Below, piece after piece: positions 1 to 8,964 of a DNA stretch of 57,722 nucleotides. Every line of letters begins with the position of its first letter. The stretch's first letter is position 1. Made by a program: the position numbers and the translations under genes. The DNA comes from Comamonadaceae bacterium (GTDB lineage Bacteria > Pseudomonadota > Gammaproteobacteria > Burkholderiales > Burkholderiaceae_C): NCBI GenBank assembly GCA_947449895.1, contig CANFSO010000001.1, positions 1 to 57,722 on the forward strand, in the 5' to 3' direction. The notes under the pieces were generated by a model. That model was given only the letters and a program-made list of their open reading frames with translations. It searched no databases and was not told the DNA's origin.

Positions 1-378
1 GAGAAAGACCAAGAATTTGATTTCTACCACTGGAGCGCGATTTTGCGCAGCGTCTCTGGCTTTGAGGTGTACCGCAAGGTTTACCGCGACGTCATCAAGC
101 CCGAACTCGTGGCCGAACTGTTGATTTTGCGCCCCGACATGCCGCGCTCCCTACTGGGTTGCCTGAACGAAGTCATGAGCAATCTGGCGATGGTGACAAG
201 TGATCCGCAAAGTGGAACCCTGCGCCGTGCTGGCAAGCTGCGCGCAGACTTGCAGTACTCACGGATCGATGAAATTCTGGCGACCGGTTTGCACGCCTTT
301 TTGACCCAGTTCCTAGACCGGGTCAACGAGATTGGCGCCAATATCAGTCGCGAGTTTCTGGTCCCGAGCACCCACTGA
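1..378 (+). CDS. Alpha-E domain protein (DUF403 type), 5'-partial
   Basis: Open frame from base 1 (EKDQEFDFYHWSAILRSVSGFEVYRKVY...PRSL...LHAFL). The WxxxLRS and PRS motifs and the position next to a transglutaminase fit the alpha-E family. Confidence 0.85.
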   Translation, partial: EKDQEFDFYHWSAILRSVSGFEVYRKVYRDVIKPELVAELLILRPDMPRSLLGCLNEVMSNLAMVTSDPQSGTLRRAGKLRADLQYSRIDEILATGLHAFLTQFLDRVNEIGANISREFLVPSTH

Positions 379-421
379 ACGCTTTTCTGTCAGCGCTGAA
401 CTTGCTGTTAAGGTCGCGGGC

Positions 422-1249
422 ATGAAATTGCACGTCAAGCACACCACCGACTACCGCTACAGCGAACCGCTGCTCTACGCGCTGCAAACCCTGTGGCTGA
501 CGCCGCAGAGTGGGCCTGCGCAAAGTGTGGATTTTTGGAGCTTGGGCGCGCCCGAAAAGCTCTTTTCTCAGCACGACGCCTACGGCAACAGCATCCACTC
601 CTACACCTTTGTCGGGAAGGAGAGTGATGATGTGCGCTGGAGTTTGGTCAACGCGGCAGGCCAGGTTGACACGCTGGGTGTGGCCGAGTTTGTCGACGCA
701 CCCAACTTGCCGCATCCCAGTTTTTTCTTGCGCCCGACACACCTGGCGGCACCGCATGCGGTGCTGGCTGAATTCGGCCGGCGCTTTGTCTCACCCGTCG
801 CATCCAACGCCCATGGCAAAGCCGACTTAGCCAGCCTGCTGGCTTTGAGCGAAGGCATTGCAGACCTGGTTCGCTACCAAAAAAACAGCACCAACGTCAG
901 CACCACGGCGCTGCAAGCCTTTCAGGCTGGCGCCGGCGTTTGTCAAGACCAAGCCCATGTGATGGTCGCCGTGTGCCGCAGCGTGGGCATTCCGGCGCGC
1001 TATGTGAGCGGCTATTTTTACGCCGCCAACGAACCCGACTTGGCCAGCCACGCCTGGGCCGATGTCTGCCTCAATGTGGCCGAGCGGCGCTGGGTCAGCA
1101 TCGACATCACCCACAGCTGCCAGATAGACCAGCGCCACGTGCGCTTGGCCATGGGCACAGACTACAACGCCTGCCCGCCGATCAAAGGCGTGCGGCAGGG
1201 TGGTGGGGAAGAGTCGATGACGGTGAGCATCACGATTGAGCCGGTTTGA
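422..1249 (+). CDS. Transglutaminase-like protein
   Basis: N-terminal HTTDYRY, then GVCQDQAH (catalytic Cys), ARYVSGY and SHAW..D. ATG at 422 preferred over the longer ORF start at 332. Confidence 0.9.
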   Translation: MKLHVKHTTDYRYSEPLLYALQTLWLTPQSGPAQSVDFWSLGAPEKLFSQHDAYGNSIHSYTFVGKESDDVRWSLVNAAGQVDTLGVAEFVDAPNLPHPSFFLRPTHLAAPHAVLAEFGRRFVSPVASNAHGKADLASLLALSEGIADLVRYQKNSTNVSTTALQAFQAGAGVCQDQAHVMVAVCRSVGIPARYVSGYFYAANEPDLASHAWADVCLNVAERRWVSIDITHSCQIDQRHVRLAMGTDYNACPPIKGVRQGGGEESMTVSITIEPV

Positions 1250-2204
1250 ATGGGTCATGGTGTTGAGTTGACGCTATACCGTACAAAGTTGCTGCTGCCT
1301 CTCGCAGGGCAATAAGCGTCTCTGTCCCTCCTTGAGCAAGGCGGTGGCCACGCCGCGTGATGATGCCAAATGAATCCATGCGGACGCCCAGATCGATCGG
1401 TAGGACGCAGAGCATGCCAGCCTCGCAAAATGGTCTAACGACGACCTCGGGAAGGGCAACCAGCATGTCGGTGCGGCGTAGCAGACTGGTGGTCAACGGC
1501 AGCGATGTTGTCTCAACAATTTTCTCGGGAAGACTCAGCCCGCGCTGTAAAAACATGGCGTCAAGGCGCTTGCGAAGGATGCTTTCTGTCGGTGGAAGGA
1601 TCCAAGTCTGTCCCACTAGATCATTCATTCTGAGCTTGTTTCGACTGGCCAGTGGATGTTGCGGGCGCGCGATAAGGCTGTGTGGTTCTTCGGCCAAGGG
1701 CTCGAAGTCGAGTTCCGCCGCGGTGTTTGGATCGAGGATTCGCCCGATCGCGATGTCTACCTGGCCGCCGAGAAGCATCGCCACGAGCGTGTGACTGAAC
1801 TCCATCTGTACATTGACAACCATCTGTGGGTGACGTTGTTCAAGAAGAGAGATGGCCAGCGGCAAGAGTTCCGTGCAGGGGCTCATCACGGTGCCAATCG
1901 AAACGCGGTGGAGCCGGCCTTGCTTCAATGCATCAACCTCCTCTTGGGCGCGTTGAATTTCTGACAGGACAGAGTGCGCATGACGCACCAGAATGTCACC
2001 ATAAGGTGTGGGGACGACGCCACGTGCATGGCGCTCAAACAGGGTGACGCCAAGACATTCCTCTAGTTCTCGTAGCAGCTTAGACGCTGCAGGCTGACTC
2101 ATGCCGATGGCCTCTGAGGCGCGCAGCACCGAGCGCTCTTGGTCTAGATGAGTCAGCAGCGCTAGCTGGCGCGTCTTGATTCGCGTTGAAAGCAGAGGGG
2201 ACAT
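1230..2204 (-). CDS. LysR-family transcriptional regulator (GbpR-like)
   Basis: N-terminal HTH (RQLALL...SVLRASEAIGMSQPAASKLLRELE...LFER) plus substrate-binding domain; divergent from dgoA. ATG at 2204; the ORF extends to 2225. Confidence 0.9.
   Translation of the reverse strand: MSPLLSTRIKTRQLALLTHLDQERSVLRASEAIGMSQPAASKLLRELEECLGVTLFERHARGVVPTPYGDILVRHAHSVLSEIQRAQEEVDALKQGRLHRVSIGTVMSPCTELLPLAISLLEQRHPQMVVNVQMEFSHTLVAMLLGGQVDIAIGRILDPNTAAELDFEPLAEEPHSLIARPQHPLASRNKLRMNDLVGQTWILPPTESILRKRLDAMFLQRGLSLPEKIVETTSLPLTTSLLRRTDMLVALPEVVVRPFCEAGMLCVLPIDLGVRMDSFGIITRRGHRLAQGGTETLIALREAAATLYGIASTQHHDPFKPAQS
1235..1251 (+). repeat. 17-bp direct repeat, left copy (ATTGAGCCGGTTTGAAT)
   Basis: Exact match to 6044-6060. 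Covers the last codons and stop of the transglutaminase gene. Confidence 0.9.
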
Positions 2205-2240
2205 CGCGGGTAATAAATAATTCAAACAGCTGAAATGTAT

Positions 2241-2270
2241 ATTAATTAGATATATCTGAGGCTAATTAAT
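2241..2270. promoter_or_regulatory. AT-rich inverted repeat, putative LysR operator
   Basis: ATTAATTAG (2241-2249) and CTAATTAAT (2262-2270), with an internal AGATATATCT palindrome, between divergent LysR and dgoA. Confidence 0.5.
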
Positions 2271-2311
2271 TCATTTGTATGGAATAGCACCTGACCTTAG
2301 AGTTTGCTTCC

Positions 2312-2926
2312 ATGACTTGGCCCACACGACTTCCATTGATTGCGATCCTCCGCGGTATACGGCCCGAGGAGGCCATCTCCCATGTAGATGCGCTGATCCA
2401 GACCGGTTTCGATGCGATCGAGATCCCATTGAACTCACCGGGTTGGGAGATCAGCATCCGAGAAGTCTCAATGCGCTTTGGAACCCAGGCCTTGATCGGT
2501 GGCGGCACAGTGCTTCGACCTGAGCAAGCCGATGTGCTTGCAGATGTAGGCAGCAAACTTGCCGTGACGCCGAACACGCGGCCGGCCCTGATCGCGCACG
2601 CGGTTCGGCGCGGCATGCTGGTTGCTGCTGGTTTCGCTACTGCGAGTGAGGCTTTCGATGCCATTGATGCCGGTGCCCAAGCGCTGAAACTCTTTCCCGC
2701 TTCGACCTACGGCCCGTCGCACGTCAGAGCACTGCTGGCTGTGCTGCCGCCGGTGCCGCTGTTTGCCGTGGGCGGCATCACCCCATCCAACCTCGCCGAT
2801 TACTTGCGTGCTGGCTGCATTGGGGCCGGGCTCGGTAGCGACCTTTACAAACCAGGGCAGGACGTGTCGCGCACGGCTCAAATGGCTCAAGCTTTTATCA
2901 ACGCCTATCAGGATGTACGCGCATGA
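2312..2926 (+). CDS. dgoA: 2-dehydro-3-deoxy-6-phosphogalactonate aldolase
   Basis: [27 protein letters not shown] and AVGGIT motifs; overlaps the dgoD start (ATGA). Confidence 0.92.
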   Translation: MTWPTRLPLIAILRGIRPEEAISHVDALIQTGFDAIEIPLNSPGWEISIREVSMRFGTQALIGGGTVLRPEQADVLADVGSKLAVTPNTRPALIAHAVRRGMLVAAGFATASEAFDAIDAGAQALKLFPASTYGPSHVRALLAVLPPVPLFAVGGITPSNLADYLRAGCIGAGLGSDLYKPGQDVSRTAQMAQAFINAYQDVRA

Positions 2927-4071
2927 AGATCACCCGGATGACGACGTATCGGGTTGCCCCCCGTTGGATGTTTTTAAAGGTTGAGACAGATGAGGGCATC
3001 ACCGGCTGGGGAGAGCCCGTGATTGAAGGTCGAGCCGGCACGGTCGAGGCGGCTGTTCACGAATTCTCGCGAGATCTTATCGGCAAAGATCCGACGCGTA
3101 TCAACGACCTTTGGCAAATGATGTACCGCAGCAATTTCTACCGGGGCGGGCCGATTTTGATGAGCGCGATTGCCGGTATTGATCAGGCGCTCTGGGACAT
3201 CAAGGGCAAAGCCCTCGGTGTACCAGTTTATGAATTGCTGGGCGGGAAAGTGCGTGATCGCATGAAGGTTTACAGCTGGGTCGGCGGCGATCGGCCGGGC
3301 GACATCATCGAGCACATGCAGAGATTGATGGAAGGTGGGTTTGACACGTTCAAGCTCAATGGCACTGAAGAGATGGCGATGCTCGACACCCCGCGCGCCG
3401 TCGACAAGGCCATCAAAAAAATTGCAGAGGTCCATGCCGCGCTCGGCACATCAATGAGTTTTGGGCTTGACTTCCATGGGCGAGTTTCAGCGCCGATGGC
3501 GAAGGTCTTGCTCAGAGAGTTGGAGCCTTATCGGCCGTTATTCGTCGAAGAGCCAGTGCTTGCGGAGCAGGCCGAATACTACCCGCGCCTTGCAGCGAGC
3601 ACCTGCATTCCGCTGGCGGCAGGGGAGCGCATGTACTCGCGTTTTGAGTTCAAACGGGTTCTTGAAGCAGGCGGCATCGCGATTCTTCAGCCCGATCTTT
3701 CACATGCTGGCGGAATCACCGAGTGTCACAAAATCGCCGCCATGGCCGAAGCCTATGACGTCGCGCTGGCACCGCATTGCCCGCTTGGTCCTGTCGCGCT
3801 TGCCGCCTGCTTGCAAGTCGACTTTGTTGCCTACAACGCGGTGTTGCAGGAGCAAAGCATGGGCATCCACTACAACCGGGGTGCGGAACTGCTCGATTAC
3901 GTTATCAACAAGCAGGATTTCCACATTCAAGATGGCTTTATCAATGCGCCTTGTAAGCCCGGATTGGGTGTCGAGATTGATGAGGAGCGGGTTATCGCTG
4001 CCAGCAAGGTGGCGCCAGATTGGCGCAACCCTGTCTGGCGCCATGCCGATGGAAGTGTGGCGGAATGGTGA
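2923..4071 (+). CDS. dgoD: D-galactonate dehydratase
   Basis: [50 protein letters not shown] and WRNP.WRH.DGS.AEW. Confidence 0.95.
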   Translation: MKITRMTTYRVAPRWMFLKVETDEGITGWGEPVIEGRAGTVEAAVHEFSRDLIGKDPTRINDLWQMMYRSNFYRGGPILMSAIAGIDQALWDIKGKALGVPVYELLGGKVRDRMKVYSWVGGDRPGDIIEHMQRLMEGGFDTFKLNGTEEMAMLDTPRAVDKAIKKIAEVHAALGTSMSFGLDFHGRVSAPMAKVLLRELEPYRPLFVEEPVLAEQAEYYPRLAASTCIPLAAGERMYSRFEFKRVLEAGGIAILQPDLSHAGGITECHKIAAMAEAYDVALAPHCPLGPVALAACLQVDFVAYNAVLQEQSMGIHYNRGAELLDYVINKQDFHIQDGFINAPCKPGLGVEIDEERVIAASKVAPDWRNPVWRHADGSVAEW

Positions 4072-4091
4072 ACTATGTCGTGGTGGCTTGA

Positions 4092-4985
4092 ATGATCGCC
4101 GTTGACTGGGGTACGAGCAGCTTTCGTGCGTATCGTTTGAATGTGGCTGGCGTTGTCATGGAGCAGCGAAGTGCGGCTGCCGGTTTGATCGCTTGCAATG
4201 GTGCGTTTGAGGCGGTGCTCGCTGAGCAACTCAAGGATTGGGACGACGAGTTGATCGTCATGGCGGGCATGATTGGCAGCCGCAGTGGCTGGCACGAAGT
4301 GCCCTATGTTCAGTGTCCCGCTGGAATCGACGAGATCGCCGCCGGCATGCTCGAAGTGACCGCGTCGGGCATGCCAAGCCGCCGCATCTTTATTGTCCCG
4401 GGTCTCAGTGGCAGATCCAGCTCAGGATTGCCGGAGGTGATGAGGGGTGAAGAGACCCAATTGCTCGGTTTGCTTGGCCTGCTCAGTGCGTTGCCGGGTG
4501 ATGGAGCTCACACGGTGTGTCTCCCCGGCACTCACAGCAAATGGGCCATCGTCAAGGACGGCAGCATCAGCTCTTTTCAGACGGCCATGACGGGTGAACT
4601 GTATGCCGTACTGAAGCAGCATAGTTTGCTAGGCGCCTTGATGACGGAGGGTGTTGATGACGCTATGGCGTTCTCATCAGGTGTCCAAACAAGCAGCCAA
4701 TCAGGGGGCTTGCTCAATCACCTTTTCAGCGTTCGCACGCGCGGGTTGTTTGGCGAATTTTCAGCAACTCAACTGCCATCCTATTTATCGGGTCTGCTGA
4801 TCGGCCACGAACTACTGGGTCTGTCGCCAGAGACTGAGCGTGTTCATCTCATCGGAAACAGCGTCTTGCTTTCTCGCTACCAACGTGCATTGGCTATGCG
4901 TGGCATCGAGTCCAGTCTTCACGCAGAAGTGCTTGCCGCTCAAGGCTTGCATCAACTTGCGTTAACTCTTTCACAAAAACCATAA
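4092..4985 (+). CDS. dgoK: 2-dehydro-3-deoxygalactonokinase
   Basis: IAVDWGTSSFRAY, GMIGSRSGW, VMRGEETQ, PGTHSKW, MTGE and YLSGLLIGHE. Confidence 0.93.
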   Translation: MIAVDWGTSSFRAYRLNVAGVVMEQRSAAAGLIACNGAFEAVLAEQLKDWDDELIVMAGMIGSRSGWHEVPYVQCPAGIDEIAAGMLEVTASGMPSRRIFIVPGLSGRSSSGLPEVMRGEETQLLGLLGLLSALPGDGAHTVCLPGTHSKWAIVKDGSISSFQTAMTGELYAVLKQHSLLGALMTEGVDDAMAFSSGVQTSSQSGGLLNHLFSVRTRGLFGEFSATQLPSYLSGLLIGHELLGLSPETERVHLIGNSVLLSRYQRALAMRGIESSLHAEVLAAQGLHQLALTLSQKP

Positions 4986-5007
4986 TTATTTTCATAGGAG
5001 ACATTTC

Positions 5008-5982
5008 ATGACCAAGCAACTCAACACACGCCGCCGCATCTTGCAACAAATCGGAGCTGGCTTGTTTCTCTGCCCCACTGCCGCGGTGTGGGCTGATGAC
5101 TATCCCATCAAGCCAATCGAGCTGGTCGTGCCGACCGCCGCTGGCGGTGGTACGGATGTACTGGCGCGCAACTTCGCCGAGATCGTTAAAAAGCATTTGC
5201 CCCAGCCCATGGTGGTCAACAACAAGCCAGGCGCCAGCGGCGCGATTGGCATGGGCGATGTGCTCAACAGCAAACCTGACGGGTACAAGGTCAGCATGGT
5301 GATTGCTGAGTTGGTGATACTGCCGCACCTCGGTCTGGCGAAGTTCAACTATGCAGACTTCGCACCTGTCGCGCGTCTCAATGGTGATCCTTCAGCGATC
5401 ACTGTGAAGGCCGATGCGAAATGGAACACGATCGAGGAATTCCTCGCCGACGCCAAGGCTAGACCGGGCGAGGTCATGTTGGGCAACTCCGGCAACGGCT
5501 CCATCTGGCATTTGGCCGCTGCAGGGCTGGAAGATAAAACAGGCGTCAAGTTCAACCACGTGCCCTACCAAGGTGCTGCACCCGCCGTGGTGGCGCTGCT
5601 GGGCGGCCATATCGACGCTGTGGCTGTGAGTCCTGGTGAGGTTGCTGTTCATGTGCAAGGTGGCAAGCTCAAGATGTTGGTGGTCATGGCCGACCAGCGC
5701 TTGAAAACCTTCGACAAGGTGCCTACGCTCAAAGAACGCAAGATTGACCTGAGTATTGGGACTTGGCGTGGGCTGGCGGTACCGAAGGCCACACCGGTTG
5801 CGGTGATTGACACCTTACGAAGGGCTACGCGTAAGGCGGCAGAAGACCCGGCCTTGCGTGAGTCGCTTGAAAAACTCAATCTTGGTTATGCCTATCTTGA
5901 CGCACCCGAATTTAGTCAAGCCATGCGCATCGAAAATGACTACTTCAAACAACTCGTTCAGAAGCTTGCGCTGAAGCCATGA
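5008..5982 (+). CDS. Bug/TctC tripartite tricarboxylate transporter substrate-binding protein
   Basis: Twin-Arg-like signal peptide, YP.KPI..VVP.AAGGGTD..AR, NKPGASG, PDGY and HVPYQG. Confidence 0.92.
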   Translation: MTKQLNTRRRILQQIGAGLFLCPTAAVWADDYPIKPIELVVPTAAGGGTDVLARNFAEIVKKHLPQPMVVNNKPGASGAIGMGDVLNSKPDGYKVSMVIAELVILPHLGLAKFNYADFAPVARLNGDPSAITVKADAKWNTIEEFLADAKARPGEVMLGNSGNGSIWHLAAAGLEDKTGVKFNHVPYQGAAPAVVALLGGHIDAVAVSPGEVAVHVQGGKLKMLVVMADQRLKTFDKVPTLKERKIDLSIGTWRGLAVPKATPVAVIDTLRRATRKAAEDPALRESLEKLNLGYAYLDAPEFSQAMRIENDYFKQLVQKLALKP

Positions 5983-6043
5983 GCGGCACCGAACGTCCTG
6001 AAGTTCTGTTGGGGCAACTTCAGCTCGAAGCCGCAGCTTAGGC

Positions 6044-6060
6044 ATTGAGCCGGTTTGAAT
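6044..6060 (+). repeat. 17-bp direct repeat, right copy (ATTGAGCCGGTTTGAAT)
   Basis: Exact match to 1235-1251; intergenic, 61 bp after the Bug stop codon. Confidence 0.9.
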
Positions 6061-6178
6061 CGGCTCCGGACTTGACGTAAGATCGCGCCCACTCATTTGA
6101 GTGACCTGCCTTCGAGGCATTGGAGTCTGACTCCTCGTATGCGCCGACAGGTTTTCCTACTATCTCCGGAGTCTCTTT

Positions 6179-7513
6179 ATGACAACCGCACGTCGTACCC
6201 TCATCAAGGGTGCGGCAGTCTTGGGCGCGCTTTCTGCTGCGCCCATTCCTGCCATGGCCCAGCCTTTTCTTTTTTCTCCAACGACCGAACTGATGCCCAA
6301 AGGCAAAAAACGGCGCGTAGTTATCTTGGGTGGCGGCTGGGGCGGCTTGGCCACCGCTAGGCATGTACGCGAGACAGCGCCAGAACTCGAAGTGGTGTTG
6401 CTTGAGAAAAACCCGATTTTCTGGTCTTGCCCCTTGAGCAATAAATGGCTGGTGGACGTGGTCGACACCTCGTTCCTAGTTCACTCCTACACCGCTGCAG
6501 CCAATCGCAGTGGCTACACCTTCGTTCAAACAGAAATCACCGACATCGACCGTGACAAAAAGCGCGTGCACACGGCACAAGGTTTTGTCGACTACGACTG
6601 GTTGGTGGTGTCCGCAGGCATTCGCGTGTCGTATGAGCCATGGTTTGGCAATGACCGCCAAGCGATTGCCTACACGCACATGCACTACTCAAGCGCCTAT
6701 GTTCCTAGCTCAGAGCACTTGGCGTTGAAGGAAAAAATCAAGGGCTTCAAAGGCGGCACGATTGTGATGACCTTGCCACCACCACCACACCGCTGCCCAC
6801 CTTCTCCGTACGAGCGCGCCTGTTTGATGGCGTCCCACTTTCAGCGCAACAAGATTCCAGCCAAGATTTTGATCTTGGATCCGAAACCTATGATTTCGCC
6901 GATTGGTGGTGGTTATCGCATGGCGTTTGATGAGCTGTATCACGACATCATCACCTACGTGCCCAACGCCGGCGTTAAAGAGCTGGATCCCTTCAACAAG
7001 GTGGTGAAAACGGCTGCGGGTGACTTCAAGTTCGACGATGCCATTTTTATGGGTCATCATCAAGCGGCAGATTTGGTGTGGAAGTTGGGCGCTGTCGGCA
7101 AAACGGCTGATGGGAAACCATCCAACTGGGCCGCGGTGCACCCGCAGTTTTACAACATGAAGGACGACCCGAACGTGTTTGTGATTGGTGACAGCGTGGG
7201 CGCTGTGTCACCACAGTTTGGGCATTACCCTAAGAGCGGCCACGTGGCCAACCGAATGGGCCGCAGTGTGGCGCAGTACATTGGGCAGCAAGCCAAGGGG
7301 CAGCCCATGACGCCAGTCATGATCGACAACCTTTGCTACATGCTGGTGAACACCGAGCCGCTGGAGGCCATCAGCGTTAAGTTTGATTACAAGATGGGGC
7401 CAGAAGGTCATCTGCTTCAAACCATCACGGATGATATTTATCGCCGTCCACAACTCTGGCAAGAAGACCTGCGTTGGTATGGACAAATGGTGAAGGACTT
7501 CACGGGCAGTTAA
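6179..7513 (+). CDS. Flavocytochrome c sulfide dehydrogenase-type flavoprotein (FccB/SoxF-like), Tat-exported
   Basis: Tat signal ARRTLIK, GGGWGG FAD motif, SCPLSN, RCPPSPYERA, IGD, PKSGHVAN and NLCY. Confidence 0.8.
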   Translation: MTTARRTLIKGAAVLGALSAAPIPAMAQPFLFSPTTELMPKGKKRRVVILGGGWGGLATARHVRETAPELEVVLLEKNPIFWSCPLSNKWLVDVVDTSFLVHSYTAAANRSGYTFVQTEITDIDRDKKRVHTAQGFVDYDWLVVSAGIRVSYEPWFGNDRQAIAYTHMHYSSAYVPSSEHLALKEKIKGFKGGTIVMTLPPPPHRCPPSPYERACLMASHFQRNKIPAKILILDPKPMISPIGGGYRMAFDELYHDIITYVPNAGVKELDPFNKVVKTAAGDFKFDDAIFMGHHQAADLVWKLGAVGKTADGKPSNWAAVHPQFYNMKDDPNVFVIGDSVGAVSPQFGHYPKSGHVANRMGRSVAQYIGQQAKGQPMTPVMIDNLCYMLVNTEPLEAISVKFDYKMGPEGHLLQTITDDIYRRPQLWQEDLRWYGQMVKDFTGS

Positions 7514-7527
7514 CTGCACGTCAAACA

Positions 7528-8766
7528 CTATCGCCCAGCATCCCTCATCGCCCGTTTCACCTCATCCCCCAACTCAATCACCGCCATGGCGTAGTAGCTG
7601 CTCCAGTTGTAGCGGGTGATGACGTAAAAATTCTCGGTGCCGGCGACGTAGCCGGCGGGGTCTGGTCCGTTGAGCAATTCGACCAGTGCCAACGGGCCTT
7701 TGTGCTCAAGCGCGGGGCCTTGCAGCACCGCGCCTTTGGCGGTGAAGCTGGCGACGCTGAAGGTTGGCAAAATGTCGGGCGCCATCAGGGCGTCAAGATC
7801 CAGTTTCGCGGCGTCAAAACTCACCGGGTAGTGCGTCGGCATGCCGGGCTTCCAGTCGAACGCTTTAAAGTAGTTGGCGACGGAGCCGATGACGTCGGCC
7901 GGGCTGTTCCAAAGATCGATCTTGTCGTCGCCGTCAAAGTCCACCGCAAAACGAACCCAACTGGAGGGCATGAACTGCGGCATGCCCATGGCGCCGGCAT
8001 AGCTGCCCAGCGGCAGCATCGGGTCTGCGCCCAAGCGACTTTGCAAGCTCAAAAATTGTTCAACTTCGCCTTTGAAAAACGCAGCGCGTTCAGCGGCCCT
8101 TGGGTGCGTGGCCGGAAAGTCAAAGGCCAGTGTGGTGAGCGCATCGATGACGCGAAAGCTACCCGTGTTTCGGCCGTAAATGGACTCGACACCGATGATG
8201 CCGACAATAATCTCGCTCGGCACGCCGTATTCTTTTTCAGCCCGAGCGAGTGTGGTTTTGTTGTCTTTCCAGAACTGCACGCCGGCATCAATGCGGGCGG
8301 CATCAATGAAGCGGCCTCGGTAAGCCGCCCAGTTTTTGACAAAAGGCTGGGTTGACGGTTGCATCAGTCGCACCACGGTGGGTACCAGCGTGGCTTGGCC
8401 GATGGCGCGGCGCACCCATTGCGGATTCAGGTTGCGCCGCTCGGCCAGTTCATCGGCAAAGCGCATGACCTCGGGCCGCGTGGCGTAAGCCGGCCCAACG
8501 TTGGCTGCAGGTCGGACCTTGCTCGGCCGCTTGTGTTTACTGACATGCGCGCGCTTGGCGGTTTTCACGGCTTTGGCTGCTGTATCGGTCTTGACAGCGA
8601 CCGCCTTGCTCTTGACTGAGTCGGTGGGTCCAGTGCTTTCTGCTGCATGGACTGCCAGCGCTGTTCCCATGAACGCCAGCGCACATGCCAAGAGTTGATG
8701 GCGTAGCCGGCGCCCTGATGCGCTGGCTGGGCGGGTGCTCGTCTGAAAGGCGTTGGGGTGTGTCAA
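7528..8766 (-). CDS. mltB: Lytic murein transglycosylase B
   Basis: GIIGVESIYG (catalytic Glu), GSYAGAMGMPQFMPSS, DFDGD and NFYVITRYNWSSYYAMAV. Start codon uncertain. Confidence 0.9.
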   Translation of the reverse strand: MTHPNAFQTSTRPASASGRRLRHQLLACALAFMGTALAVHAAESTGPTDSVKSKAVAVKTDTAAKAVKTAKRAHVSKHKRPSKVRPAANVGPAYATRPEVMRFADELAERRNLNPQWVRRAIGQATLVPTVVRLMQPSTQPFVKNWAAYRGRFIDAARIDAGVQFWKDNKTTLARAEKEYGVPSEIIVGIIGVESIYGRNTGSFRVIDALTTLAFDFPATHPRAAERAAFFKGEVEQFLSLQSRLGADPMLPLGSYAGAMGMPQFMPSSWVRFAVDFDGDDKIDLWNSPADVIGSVANYFKAFDWKPGMPTHYPVSFDAAKLDLDALMAPDILPTFSVASFTAKGAVLQGPALEHKGPLALVELLNGPDPAGYVAGTENFYVITRYNWSSYYAMAVIELGDEVKRAMRDAGR

Positions 8767-8964
8767 AAAAAGGTCCTGCTAAGGGCGTTGTTGAATGACA
8801 AGACGTTGCATGTCGGTGGCTCAATTTTAGGCATGTCCGCGGCGAATTTTTCAACCAGCTCAGTAGCCTTATGAGTCGGCACACTCAGCCGTTCAGCGCC
8901 CATTCGCGTGGTAAGCTGATTTGCTAAAAATTGTGCATTGACCCTAACCTGACCGCCGAATCTG

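Larger units (their letters stand above)
1235..6060. mobile_element. Direct-repeat-bounded galactonate catabolic islet, no mobility gene
   Basis: The two 17-bp repeats enclose exactly LysR, dgoA, dgoD, dgoK and Bug. Confidence 0.65.
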
